Below are positions 25,245-37,631 of a stretch of 64,000 bases of DNA, one piece after another; position 1 is the first letter of the stretch, and each line of letters starts with the position of its first letter. Source of the DNA: Tubulanus polymorphus (taxonomy: Eukaryota > Animalia > Nemertea); NCBI RefSeq assembly GCF_964204645.1, contig NC_134034.1, positions 13,901,062-13,965,061 of the forward strand. The letters run 5' to 3'. The notes below the pieces were generated by a model that saw only the letters and a list, made by a program, of their open reading frames with translations, searched no databases and was not told the origin of the DNA. Position numbers and translations under genes: made by a program.

Positions 25245-26483
25245 CGTTTACCCTGATCCCAACACAATCCCGCTTCTACCAGTCAAGTTGTTTCGATGTT
25301 GGAAAAAATGCAGACGAGAAGTTTACGTCGAATTGTCGCGGTTTCGTTTGGTCATAGCTCAGTTTACTGTCAACACAATTAACAACACATAATTCAGCCT
25401 TTTCTACTGATATTGAATGATTGAAGCGAAAGTTAAATCGAAAAGTATTCGATAGCGTAGAATTGAGAAATAAGTTTTTTTCTGTACGTGCGTCGATATC
25501 GCTGATTAAATTCACAAAATTTAAAACTGCGCTAGCTGAGAGTTATTCACCCCCAAAACGGTCGTATTTAACACTTAACAACATAAAAAAAATTAAACCG
25601 TACGACAAACAATAGAGTTTATAAACATGTATATATCTATAGTTGATAGGTGCAAAATGAAGCGAAAATAAATCGGTGAATTTTATGACGAGATATCCGT
25701 GAAAAATCGTGATGTTGTCAGCGTCGAGTTTGTCTCTGCCGTCTGCCCGCAGAAACTGTGAATAATCGTCGATCAGAGCAAAACATTTTCATACGCGAAA
25801 ATCAATCAGTTACTCGATCGAGAATAACTGGGAGCTGAGAGCAATTAGGCAGGTGATATCGGCGACGACAGCGCCCCTGGACATTTCAAGATCCATATCA
25901 ATCGCTTTAAATAATGCTCGGTCTTGAAATCCGTTATTTTTGGCGCCAATACCACGCGGGTGACTGTCTACGAGCTACCGTAATTACGGTATTGATTATA
26001 GATTAGTGCTATTACAGTTCCATTATTTCTCTAGCCTCCCGTGTTATTAACTCTCGATAGGTTTTTTATAACAAAGTAACCTAAGTGCAAATTGTAGTTT
26101 GGTGCACTAAACATTTAGCGTAGCCTGAAGATTTTGTCATCGCTGGCATATTTTGTTTTCTAAAGTCTCCGAAAGAGGTTCATCGAATGAACTTGTCGAA
26201 CAGAATGCAGCGATTATCCGCTAACATTCAACCAACAATACAATTAGAGGAAACCCTTGCTTTTCGCCGATGATTTAAATCTATTCATATAATATCTCTA
26301 TTTTATAACTTTGGTAAAAATGTTGTACTAAATACATTATGATGTAGGCCTTCTCATAAACCTCGAAAACTGGAACTTTACCGGAATTTATGAATACTAT
26401 TTTCAATATTCAATAGATGGCTGACTGTGGCATTTTTAACACTGTGTATATCTGGTGCAAACATGGACGTCACGTGTCATGTA

Positions 26484-28579
26484 TTAACTGAACATAGATT
26501 GTGTATAATTGTGATATATGAGGATGTGTTCTTTCGCCGGTGATAGAGCGACCTCGAGCCAGTCTTTTGTCTTTATCTTAGGAGACGAACATACGATTCG
26601 ATCTCCGATTGAGAATGATCTCGCTTGCCAGTGACCGACACCGTATTGAACGGTTAACCCGTCGTAGATGAAATACTGGGTTAATTCAGTTTCCGTGCCA
26701 TTTTTATACTGTATTCGAATTTTAGGCGGGTGCACGACGTTTCCAGTATAGGCGCATCCTACGAGAAATAATTCACCTGGGATGAATTTGATATAGTGCG
26801 TTTTGCTGTCGTCCATTTTATGAACGGTTGTCCACGTTAAGATTGACGGTTTTGCCTCCAGTGATTTTGTCTTGTCGTAATTGGTTTCCATACAGAATTC
26901 TCGGTGTGCGCTCAGGAAACTTTCCTTTTTCCTGTATTTCTCAATATGCGATAAGTGAATACAAATTAAAAACGGATACTTTTCATCTTTAAAATTGTTG
27001 TTATCGAGTTTTAGATTCATTTTAACGACGTTGCCTCTCTTCCTGTCCGTTGTTACTTTAATATTATTGAAACACGATTGTCCTTTACGCGTGAACCACT
27101 CGATAAGATGGCAAGCAATGCTTCCTTCTTTGCCGAACATATATTCAGTAATCATATGCTTAATACCAGCTCTCGGGTCATATGACGAAATTACAGTTTC
27201 GGCATTTCCCGTATGCAAAGTAGGTTCCGATTTAAACTTCATCTCGGCTTTAATATCGAATGTCGCTCGACCGCTTATATCCATTGGGATGTGACTGATG
27301 ACAGTAGGCGCGTTCACGGCGTACGTTCCCGCCTCTAGACCGCTCCACGATAGATACAGTAAATGATAAACTCGACACGACTTTTTCCTCACAACAGCGA
27401 CGTATCGCATCGAATCCGCGAATTCGTCAGGTTTTATCGACGATATTTTTACACCGATCGAACACAGTTTTCCTTTTCGATCAAAGTAACCAGAAATTCC
27501 ATCTTTATCTACAATGAATCAAAATGATAATTATACTGCGAGGTATTTGTAATGGCACCGCTGAGCAATCTGACACAAATCTATACATTGCCATCAGTTA
27601 TGTTTAAGATTGATGTTTCCAGCATTCCTTTGTTGATTATGTTCTAAGCTTGTTTTGGAAAAAACATGAATATAAATTTCTGAATCAAGTAAATGATGCT
27701 TGTTGAAGTTTATACTGTCAGGGTCGGATCCAGGTTTGGGCAAACGCGCTCCGCAATCTCTTCCGTGCCATTTTGAAAGACAATGGTACTATTTTCCATC
27801 AGGGAAATCTTCCTCCAAATAGCAGTCCGCTGTCCCTCTTTTAATGTTGCTCAGGTGCCCGCTGCTATGGATATTGTATGAAAATGCAATGAATTTACGC
27901 AATCTTTCAAACCCACGATTTTGGCTTCGCGCTCTACGTGGATCTCCGCCCTTCTTCAGTAGACGCCCTTTTCATTTCTGTGTGCTCCTGTCAAAGTTCG
28001 TGCCTGGATCCACCCCTTGCCCTACACGTACCTGTGTATTTCGGTGGATATGACCTTGTATAGGAGTTATTTGCTGCGGATGAATATCTCGTAAAAAATC
28101 CAGATATATCCGGTTTACAATAAAAACGTAATTCAACTTTTCCCGCTTTTCCAACCTGTTTGGTAGCGACGTCTAAAACCATATTTCCGGGCAAATCTGG
28201 CCTGCATGATTCGCTATCCGGCGTGGCTCTCTAAACAAAACAATACCGTTTAATGAAATTTTCAAATACAACATTTTCGTAAATTGTTCTGTCAAAAAAT
28301 TGTTGCTCAACAAATTCTACATGATTCGATAAAAATTGAATATTCTAATAGATTTTTCTATCATCACAACTGGTTAAGAAAATCCTCGAGAATTAGATCA
28401 TCGCGTTAGAGATAATTGCAACGAGTTAGTGTTCTGTCACAAACCAACTATTAGCGAATATAATATCGTTTATTTACTGACAAACTTACCGACGACAAAA
28501 CGATGGAAAGCACTAGAACGAAAATGAACGCTAAAGCCGCAGCTAAAACTATAGCGATTAATATTCTCTTTCTTATCAT
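26484..28579 (-). CDS. Uncharacterised 437-aa N-terminal signal-anchor (type II membrane or secreted) protein. Exons 28579-28490, 28230-28032, 27508-26484
   Basis: Exon 1 MIRKRILIAIVLAAALAFIFVLVLSIVLSS follows an in-frame stop and ends at GTAAGT. Phases 0 and 1 join exactly to exons 2 and 3; the terminal exon is 1025 nt open. Confidence 0.8.
27719..28019. mobile_element. Degenerate hAT-type MITE in intron 2 of the unknown gene
   Basis: Termini CAGGGTCGGATCCAGG / CCTGGATCCACCCCTTG. Confidence 0.55.
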
Positions 28580-28950
28580 TTTCTAACGTTGTTGAGCGCG
28601 TCTTAATTTGAAATACGTCTAGATATAGATATAGGCTGTTCGTTCGGGAGAGATGTATGGAATGTTTAGGTGCAAAGGGCAAGTATTGTCTTGACAGTAA
28701 CTGGTCCGGAAGGAAACTGCGACTGCAGCCACTGATCGCTACCGCCCTGACACGCTTATATCGAAAAAGAGTTTTTTAAACAGATTTTTGTTTACGTGTT
28801 AGAATTTTTTTCTGGATGAACTGTTTTCATCGAGAAAAAGTACATTCGTATATCCAATATGCAACGTCCAATCTCCAACTCTGGTTACAATTTATTTCGT
28901 TGATCTTTATTTTCTTTTCAGTTGAATTCATTCTAACACGACGCGTCGAG

Positions 28951-29186
28951 CTTCAGGGGAGCCGAACGCCCCACGATCCCGGCACCTCTCTTCAGGGGAG
29001 CCGAACGCCCCACGATTCCGGCACCTCTCTTCAGGGGAGCCGAACGCCCCACGATCCCGGCACCTCTCTTCAGGGGAGCTGAACGCCCCACGATCCCGGA
29101 ACCTCTCGTCAGGGGAGCCGAACGCCCCACGATCCCGGAACCTCTCGTCAGGGGAGCCGAACGCCCAACGATCCCCGGCACCTCTC
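28951..29186. repeat. 39-bp GC-rich minisatellite, ~6 copies
   Basis: cttcaggggagccgaacgccccacgatcccggcacctct repeated. Confidence 0.95.
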
Positions 29187-29520
29187 GGAATATTAGAGAC
29201 CGAATATTGAACCAGTGTCTCTAGTAAACTTTGCATTATTCATAATCTATTCAAACAAAATAGAGAAACTTGAAACCAAATTCAAGAATCTACAGGGCTT
29301 CATTTCTGAATGATTGTTGTTTGTTTTGACTGCTGCGTTGTCATGGTGATGGCAAGGTGGAATTCTTGACCTCGTGTTAAATAGTAAATCCTCAGAACGG
29401 AACCAAATTTCATTCTAAAATGAATAACTACACTTATTTCCATGATAACAAATAATTTATTTGAGCAAAATACTTCATAGAAATTTGTTACAGAAATATA
29501 GAACTTGACCTCGAATGTTA

Positions 29521-30510
29521 TCAAAGGGGTAATGTTGAGTGTGGGTGACCTCTGGATACTTCAGACCGGTGATGGTGATGAAAACTGTCATCTGTGTTCT
29601 CTTCTTCTTCAGAATCAAGCTATAAATTAAGAAAAGATATTTGCATTATTTACTTAAAAAGTGTCATTATTGCTTTCATCAATATCAATATCTATAAGCC
29701 TATGTGCCCCTAGAGGAACCTTATCTATTTTCTGAATTGATAATCAATGGAGTTTCAATGCACCTTATTTCTTATGCATCATCTATGGGAAATATAGAAT
29801 GAAATGCATTCAACGAATTAAACTTTGTGTCCTTGATTCGAACCCTGTAAATGATGTTTCAAACTTGCCACTGGATGTTGAAGGAGAGGGATGTGTGTCC
29901 CAGGTTCAAGCGTCCCGGGTGGGCCGCATATATTTTGACACGTATCAAATTTCACGAAATTTTCTTTCCAAACAAAACTAACTCATTTTTACTGAATCAA
30001 TCTTATGAAGGTCTATATAGTGTTAATGGAAATAAATAGAATTATATGAAAGACAATTATTTCTTTATATTATGGTCCGATAGTAGTGGTCTCTCCCGCC
30101 CCTTCTTTCCCCGGAGGAGCTTTAGGATAGCGGACACACAGCAAATACACTCCACCCCCCATCCCCAGACGCGTCCGCATGTGGTTAACTAAAACCTCGA
30201 ACTCCAATCACTACCTACGTGGGTTCAAGTTGACGTGTTTGATCGAGTTTTTCGGACTCTTATTTGATCAGTAATTTTGAGCCTTTATTTCGCTTCTCTT
30301 CTGCCCCATCCCCGACCAGTACATGGCGCCTAATCGTATATCAAAGGAGTCTCATCTACGAACCTGTTCGTACGCTGTACGACGTTCGTCGCCCGATAGT
30401 TTATCAAGAGAGATCCCTCCATGATATCTACATAATGATACATGTCTTTTTGTGTCATAGGCGCCATCAGCTGCACACATAGACCCGTCCAGTGAGAGGG
30501 TAGTCGGCAT
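29521..30510 (-). CDS. Possible two-exon 81-aa microprotein (30510-30364, 29619-29521)
   Basis: MPTTLSLDGS...DERRTAYEQ|LDSEEEENTDDSFHHHHRSEVSRGHPHSTLPL*; CAG|GTTCGT donor and polypyrimidine-TAG acceptor join in phase 0; no recognised homology. Confidence 0.3.
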
Positions 30511-30599
30511 CTTCAAGTTCCTTTTTTACAGATATCATTAAAAAACGGCGATAAACCTTTATAAACACCTCTAAAACCTCAATCAGTAAAGTATCAAGG

Positions 30600-31150
30600 C
30601 TGAAACAACCCCCGGCTCGATATTTCAAGAGATAACGTATCAAATGGACCCATCCCGCATCCCGCTGTCGAAATAGCTCATCCCCCTATTATAACAACAC
30701 AATAGAACACGCCACAATTGAAATATCCCGCGCACTAGCAATAGACGATATCCCCCAATTGAGATCGATTAGCCAATCAGCGGCCGCGTACTGAAGCGTG
30801 CCTGGACTTGTCGCAGGCGCCGGGAAATTCGATTTCATCGAATAAATCGTAATATCAGTCGAATCGTGCGCCATCTTTCGTTATTCTGACTGGATTTCAC
30901 TCGGAAAGGAATTAATTCAATCGGGAATCGTACGATCATTACGGAGAAATTGTTTTGGAAAGTATTTAGATTGTATGAACTAAAAAATTGGAACGATTTT
31001 TAACCGAACTTCGATAGAAAATTTCGCCTGAAAACTGGATTTTGTGAACGTTTAAAGACTTGGACACGGAATTAAATTGACTCAGGATGGGATTAACTTA
31101 TGAAATAACTGGATCAGGTCGGAAACTGGTGAAAAGTTGCAGTTTTGTAG
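30600..31150. promoter_or_regulatory. CpG-rich promoter-like segment with CCAAT box and YY1-like GCGCCATCT; possible orphan plus-strand first exon ending at TAG|GTAGGA (31150)
   Basis: AGCCAATCAG at ~30771, gcgccatct at ~30868, locally elevated CpG. Confidence 0.3.
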
Positions 31151-31603
31151 GTAGGAACATTTCTTTATATTAACGACTGTAATTATGTTATTTTTCAGTA
31201 TCATTAAAGGAAGTTTACAAATATCTTGAACATTCAGAACATAGGATAGAAACAGTTTCTATACCCGAATTGTATACGTTATCTAGTACCCGGTATATAC
31301 AGTTCATTAATACGTTATCAAAACTTTCAGCCGTTTATTTTTTTTACCGATCCTAAATACCCCTCCTTAAATGGGCTAGATATAATATAGTGTTTTTATG
31401 CGTGACTTTTGCATGAAATTTATTTTTTAAAGTCATTTGAACGTGATAATATGTTGAGCAGGGCTTTCAGAATAGGTCGGCTATGTCGGCTGTCGCATCC
31501 GACTAGTAAGAATCCTGTGACGGCTATGAAATATCTCGTCTCATATCAATGATAGTAAGAAGGCTGTGATCTATGAAATTCCTCGGGTCATATGAGTTAC
31601 CAA

Positions 31604-32513
31604 AGTAATTACTGATACTGATTCAGAGTGGTCCTGATGCTGAATAGAGGATGTACAGGGGTATCCCGCGTTCGAACCAAGTAATTACTGATACTGGTTC
31701 AGAGTGGTCTTGATACTGAATTGAGGATGTACAGGGGTGTCCCGGGTTCGAACCCAGTAATTACTGATAACTGATTCAGAGTGGTCCTGATGCTGATAAG
31801 ATGATGTACAGGGGTGTCCCGGGTTCGAACCCAGTAGTGGTCCAAGTTGTCCTGATGCTGAATAGAGGATGTACAGGGGTGTCCCGACCGTACGGTGCTG
31901 TCGCTATGCTCATCGTTAGCGGGATTTCCATACACTAACTGAAGTCAACTCTGGCAATCGTCGTGCTATCCAGTTATACTCCGTAACCCTTGCTTGCCAG
32001 AGTTGCCTAACGTTAGTGTATGAAAATCCCGCTACCGATAAGCATAGAGGCAGCACCGTACGGTGAAATGTTGATATCTTAAAAGTAATTACTGATAACT
32101 GATTCAGAGTGGTCCTGATGCTGAATAAAGGATGTACAGGGGTGTCCTGGGTTCGACCCCGCCACGAAAAATGATTAAATAACGCACACACGACTTACAG
32201 CAACATTTATCTATGTTTATTCCTCATTGTCATGTAACGCACCTGCCTTTTTAAGAATAGTAGTTGGACCATCGAATTGAAACCCTCGCATACCTGGATA
32301 AGAAAGAATAAATGAATCCCTCGAGTGGACACCAGGGGTCGCAGTTTCACAAAAAACGATGCATTTTTTAACTGAATTTGTGAAGATATTTAATCTGGAT
32401 CAAATCTCACAAAAAAGACAAAACAGATGAACTTCATAAGTAAATGAGTAAATGAGTAAATTCATGAGTAAATTATTTCTATGAAACTGAACCCGTGGGA
32501 TTTACGTGTGACG
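31604..32513. repeat. Partial, deleted macrosatellite unit at the array boundary (75-bp satellite + hairpin MITE + downstream unique block)
   Basis: Collinear, with deletions, with 33760-35260 and 59640-60975. Confidence 0.85.
31887..32064. mobile_element. ~170-bp long-TIR hairpin MITE (TA|CGGTGCTG...CAGCACCG|TA) inside the 75-bp satellite; copies at ~34179-34356, 46810-46987, 59919-60096
   Basis: Arms of ~70 bp pair (accgtacggtgctgtcgctatgctcatcgttagcgggatttccatacactaac / gttagtgtatgaaaatcccgctaccgataagcatagaggcagcaccgtacggt); TA flanks suggest Tc1/mariner. Confidence 0.8.
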
Positions 32514-32580
32514 TCAACACTAGTTTGTTAGAAATTAATAACTCTACCAACATTTGAGCTTTATATAAGGAGAGTAAATG

Positions 32581-32760
32581 GTATGATAGAATCTCCCTAA
32601 TTCCGATCATTGGGACCAACAAAATTCATCCGTTTTACGGCAAATCCGGATTAAAAGTCATTTTCGTGTATATTAATGATTAAATTGACAGTAAATATTA
32701 TCCGGATTAGACCAAATTCGGATTAAGCCGATGCGGATTAAACGATTTAGTTTGACTGTA
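32581..32760. mobile_element. Degenerate pogo/Tigger-like MITE (copies ~44253-44435, ~58180-58355)
   Basis: Ends in TTTGACTGTA (reverse TACAGTCAAA) with internal CCGGATTA repeats. Confidence 0.45.
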
Positions 32761-32957
32761 TTAGCCAATAGAATCAGTCTTCCCCCATCGAACTGGCCCC
32801 AGGCACTAAAATTACCAAGAAAAAAACACTGACGAGTGTTGGCCTGCTAAATAAACGCAGAAACCCTAGTGTTGGCCTGGTGAATAAACGCAGAAACCCT
32901 AGTGTTGGCCTGTTACCACACAGACCACACGTATTCACAAACTAAGTCAGTCACCAG

Positions 32958-33029
32958 AACTCAGCGGTCTAGTGGTTAGCGTGCTCGGCTGGCATGCTGG
33001 AGGTCGCAGGTTCGAGTCCCGCTAGGGTA
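32958..33029 (+). pseudogene. tRNA-derived (SINE-head-like) pseudo-tRNA; copies 45492-45563 and 58852-58923
   Basis: A-box GGTCTAGTGGTTAG and T-arm/B-box GCAGGTTCGAGTCC(C/T)GC at tRNA spacing, but acceptor and anticodon stems pair poorly. Confidence 0.7.
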
Positions 33030-33758
33030 AGGGTTGCGGTCGATCTAGGGTTAGGGTTAGTGCCTCAGGTTGGGGCTAATTTTTGGCTCAGCGAGGTATT
33101 TGTAGTACGATGATCATCTGTTTGACTCGGGTTATTTTTTGGGGAATAGATTCTATACTAACTTATATTTTGAACACATATATTTGCTTTATCTAGTGGA
33201 GGCCACTTTATTTAAAAGATACTTCGCTCAATACAGTAGTTTATTTCTAAATGAATAAAAGAGTTGGTGACATTATCCAATATATATAAAAACCACAATA
33301 TCTACTTTACGGTTGGTATGCAACAATTTCCACTCTTTTCCATATAGGTGTCGCTTTGGATAAATGTCTACGGTATATCTCTTGGCCCAATGGACCGATT
33401 ACGATTAAACTTGATCCACAGGAACTTTTATCAAGTAGCACTCGGGGTGGGTGAAATCGCTCTAGGTTGAAGTTACACTGTCCTAAAATGGCTCCAAACA
33501 ACGTGAAATTGGTAGTTAGGCCTACTACGAGTACGGGTAGAACACAGTTTGAAATCGTATCGTTGTAGGTTATCGTAAAGAAGATGTATCCGTTAATACG
33601 ACGATTAACAGTACAAATATCGATATAGACACGGTTTTAGTCGAGACATTGATCGCCGGGTTTAAACATTCCTGGATATGACCATGTTTCGCAATTAAAT
33701 TCATCTTCTGAATGAGGACGACCATCGAACACGTGTCTAATCGCATCGTAATGGGTAC

Positions 33759-34680
33759 GGGGTGTCCCGCGTTCGAACCAAGTAATTACTGATACTGGTT
33801 CAGAGTGGTCTTGATACTGAATAGAGGATGTACAGAGGTGTCACGGGTTCGAACCCAGTAATTACTGATACTGATTCAGAGACAGGGGTGTACCGGGTTC
33901 GAACTCAGTAGTGGTCCAAGTTGTCCTGATGCTGAATGGAGGATGTACAGGGGTGTCCCGGATTCAAATCCGGTCTATTGGTACTGATTCTGATTGGTCC
34001 TGATGCTGAATCGAGGATGTACAGGGGTGTGTCCCGGGTTCGAGAACCAGTAATTACTGATACTGATTCAGAGTGGTCCTGATGCTGATTAGATGATGTA
34101 CAGGGGTGTCCCGGGTTCGAACTCAGTAGTGGTCCAAGTTGTCCTGATGCTGAATGGAGGATGTACGGGGTTGTCCCGACCGTACGGTGCTGCCGCTATG
34201 CTCATCGTTAGCGGGATTTCCATACACTAACTGTAGTCAACTCTGGCAATCTTCGTGGTGTCCAGTTATACTCCGTTACACTTGATTGCCAGAGTTGACT
34301 AACGTTAGTGTATGAAAATCCCGCTACCGATGAGCATAGAGGCAGCACTGTACGGTAAAATGTTGATATCTTAAATTAACAAAAGTAATTACTGATAACT
34401 GATTCTCATTGGTCCTGATGCTGAATGGAGGATGTACAGGGTTGTGTCCCGGGTTCGAGAACCAGTAATTACTGATACTGGTTCTGAGTGGTCCTGATGC
34501 TTATTAGATGATGTACAGGGGTGTCCTGGGTTCGAAACCAGTAGTGGTCCAAGTTGTCCTGAGTGTGAATAGAGGAGTACGATGTATCCCGGGTTCAAAC
34601 CCAGTAATTACTTGTACTGATTCAGAGTGGTACTGATGCTGAATATAGGATGTACAGGGGTGTCCCGGGCTCGAACCCAG
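33759..34680. repeat. ~62-77-bp B-box satellite (two alternating monomer variants); also 31604-32160, 46288-47520, 59640-60260
   Basis: Core gaggatgtacaggggtgtcccGGGTTCGAACCcagtaattactgatactgattcagagtggtcctgatgctgaat. Confidence 0.92.
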
Positions 34681-37631
34681 CACTATTACAGTACTAGGTC
34701 GTTTCTCAAAAATGATTAAATAACGCACACACGACTTATGGCAACATTTATCTATATTTATTCCTCATTGTCATGTAACGCACCTGCCCTATTAAGAATA
34801 GTAGTTGGACCATCGAATTGAAACCCTCGCATACCAGGGTAAGAAAGAATAAGTGAATCCCTCGAGTGGACACCAGGGGTCGCAGTTTCACAAAAAACGA
34901 TGTATTTTTGAACTGAATTGGTGAAGAAATTTAATCTGGATCAAATCTCACAAAAACAGATGAACTCAGTTTCTCTTTTTTGTTGATCTTTGATAACTAA
35001 TCCGTATATGTGAAACCGTACCCTCGGTAGGATTTGGTTTATGATGCGAGGGTTTCAATCAGATTTAGATGCTGCAGTTTCGCACACTGAATAGCGAGTG
35101 TCCAGTTTCACAGAGAAAGGATCAATCAATTTCAACTAGGGATTTACTTTTTTCTTCAAAATAAAATGTTTGAACGCAATTGGTTTGTGAAACTGTAACC
35201 TGAGTGAAGTTTTTTGAGTAAATTATTTCTATGAAACTGAACCCGTGGGATTTACGTGTGACGCACTGAGTGTGTGTGAAACTGCTGGCGTCTGTAATCA
35301 CAACTAAAACAACACAGAAAATTCATCTTTATTTCAAATAAAACAGAACAACAGTTCACACGAAATATTATAGTCCCATAATAAAGAAAACCTGTCGATA
35401 TTTCAACTTTATGGTTTCATTGATTGAGTGACTTGTCAAAACATGTCCATATTACATCATTATACAATATGTGTATCATACAATTTTTTACAAAACCAAA
35501 CCAATAAAACTGGGTCGTGGGGTACAAACAATTACAAACTAATGCAACCAGTTATCGCTGCTTTACAGCTACATTAAATCTTTAATTTCAATTTCAATCA
35601 TTAAAACTTTAAAACCCACTATATAGAAACTTAATAGAAGTAAAAGCGACAACATTTTGGAGTCTCTGTAGAGACCATCATCAAGTCTGAAGAATAACTA
35701 AAACAGGGAAAAACAAGTTCATTAGGAAAGTAAAGCGAGTGTTCAGTGCTAAGGTCGAGAGGTTTTGTTATTTTGTTCGTATAGGTTGTTCTAGTTATTT
35801 CTTCATTATACTTTTATTATTTTGATTCCGATTCTTGATAAATGAATTTTGCCTTTTAAATTTGCATATAGCAGGGTTTAAATTATATATTCTATGCCTG
35901 AGTCAGGCTATTATTCTATTAGCAAAAATGACACCACAGCTTTGAGAGACGAATCAGGGGATGACTCTATTGTTTTTATGTATACGTGATACACAGTCTA
36001 TCAAACCATCACAAACAGTAGGCTGCCCGTGCCGGTCGGCACAGATAAACAATATTCATTTGGCTTTAAACTTAAAATTGCAGATCTGAAATAAGTGGCA
36101 TCATATCAATCTCCAGGTAGATGGCTGGTCCCTGTCCCTGTCAAATGGCAAATTGGTCCCGATCCCCACTTCGTCCTAGAATAGAGAAAACTTGCGTCAG
36201 CAAATATTACATAGAAAATGTTCAATTGAATTAACAGTCAAGTGGGAATTGTCTTCATGACATAATTCGGTAACTAGAATCTATAATTACCTTATAATAC
36301 TAGATAATTCAACACCATTATTCAATCTTTGATCACTTTTCAAACTGTTCTATTGGACAAATTTCATGCTGCAAAAAATCATTATACTATGAAAATACTA
36401 AGTAATGTATTTATAACAGTCTGAAATTGGGGCTAAATTCTATTAGAAAATCAATCATTTTCAAACTTGTGTTGAGCAGGATTAAGCAGCAGCAGCAGCA
36501 GCCGCAGCAGCAGCAGCAGCAGCAGCAGCAGCCGCACTGCTTTCCTGAGAATCACACATAAAAATTCTGTACAGAATAATTAAATGTTAGAATATAATGA
36601 AATTAGAGCACAGTGGAGTGATGAAAGACTCACCATTTCTAAACTCATATCAGATTAGTTCAGTGCCATCTAGCAGGATTTCACTTCCAACAGTAATAAT
36701 GTCATGAAGTTAAGAGAACTGATGATTTTCTGAGAAAATAAATTCTTAAAACGATAGCAGCAGCTTCAGCAACTAGAGCTTCTTTACTCTTTGAAGATGA
36801 ATATTTTCAATTTCTCCAGTTCCAATTAGTGTTAGGCGTATTGCATTCTGGAAAGAGAAAATTATGCCAGAAAATGCTTAATGAAATAGATAGAAACTGC
36901 AACTTGTTTGTGTTCGATTGACAGAAAACCTACCGGGTTAATGAGTAGTTTATCACAATGTGTCGAGTATATGCAGATTTCTGAGAGGTTTGATGGTAGC
37001 TTTAGACTGCGTCCTCAAGTAAAACGTTGATACCTGCCAACATTGACCGATCAAAACATCATTTTCTGGACTTGATTTGAAGATCACCACAAATTACTGC
37101 AATAAATCGATATAAAACTCACCGCTTCTGACTCGTTTGATTTGTAGAGCGCAAACATTAACTGCAAGTTCAGCTTTATTTTAGACCCTAGAATACAACA
37201 GTTGTATAATTTTGATGATTCGAACTTTGAACAGAATAGAAGTGATTGAAAATTCGCCTTCACTGATTAATGTAGCTTCTAATCAGGAAATGAGTTTATA
37301 AATGTACAGTCAAACAGAGACTAGAATCTGTAGAGATATTTACCGGTACCGTATTGGTTTTGAGGATCTAAAGCGATGTCCATCTTAAACAAATGTGAAG
37401 TGAATTCCCAATGTTTACTGTTCACAGATTCTATCAAGGGTTCCAGTTATTTCAGCTCCTAAATACAAATTTTAGAAATTGTCAGTTAAGTTGTTATGAA
37501 ATAAGAGCAGTTTCACACCAAATCAAACTAAGCCGTGATCTTTGAGTGGTTGAATGCTGGAAACATAAACAGATAGAATAATTTATATAGAACAGTTCTC
37601 TAAAAATAATGAATTTCCAAACAGGTTTTAC

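Noticed and set aside
32958-33029. Functional tRNA-Ala(GGC)
   Set aside because: Acceptor and anticodon stems do not pair canonically, the copies differ in the loop, and eukaryotes normally use AGC/IGC; kept only as a tRNA-derived pseudogene.
33044-33090. Telomerase-RNA template (CTAACCCTAAC on minus) or Sm site AATTTTTGG of an SL/snRNA
   Set aside because: The motifs lie on opposite strands and are short, the template match is lost in unit B, and they are explained by TTAGGG-like repeats and a hairpin loop in a repetitive cassette.
31604-34680. CRISPR-like repeat/spacer appearance of the satellites
   Set aside because: Intervening sequences are themselves repeated rather than unique spacers; eukaryotic context; no cas genes.
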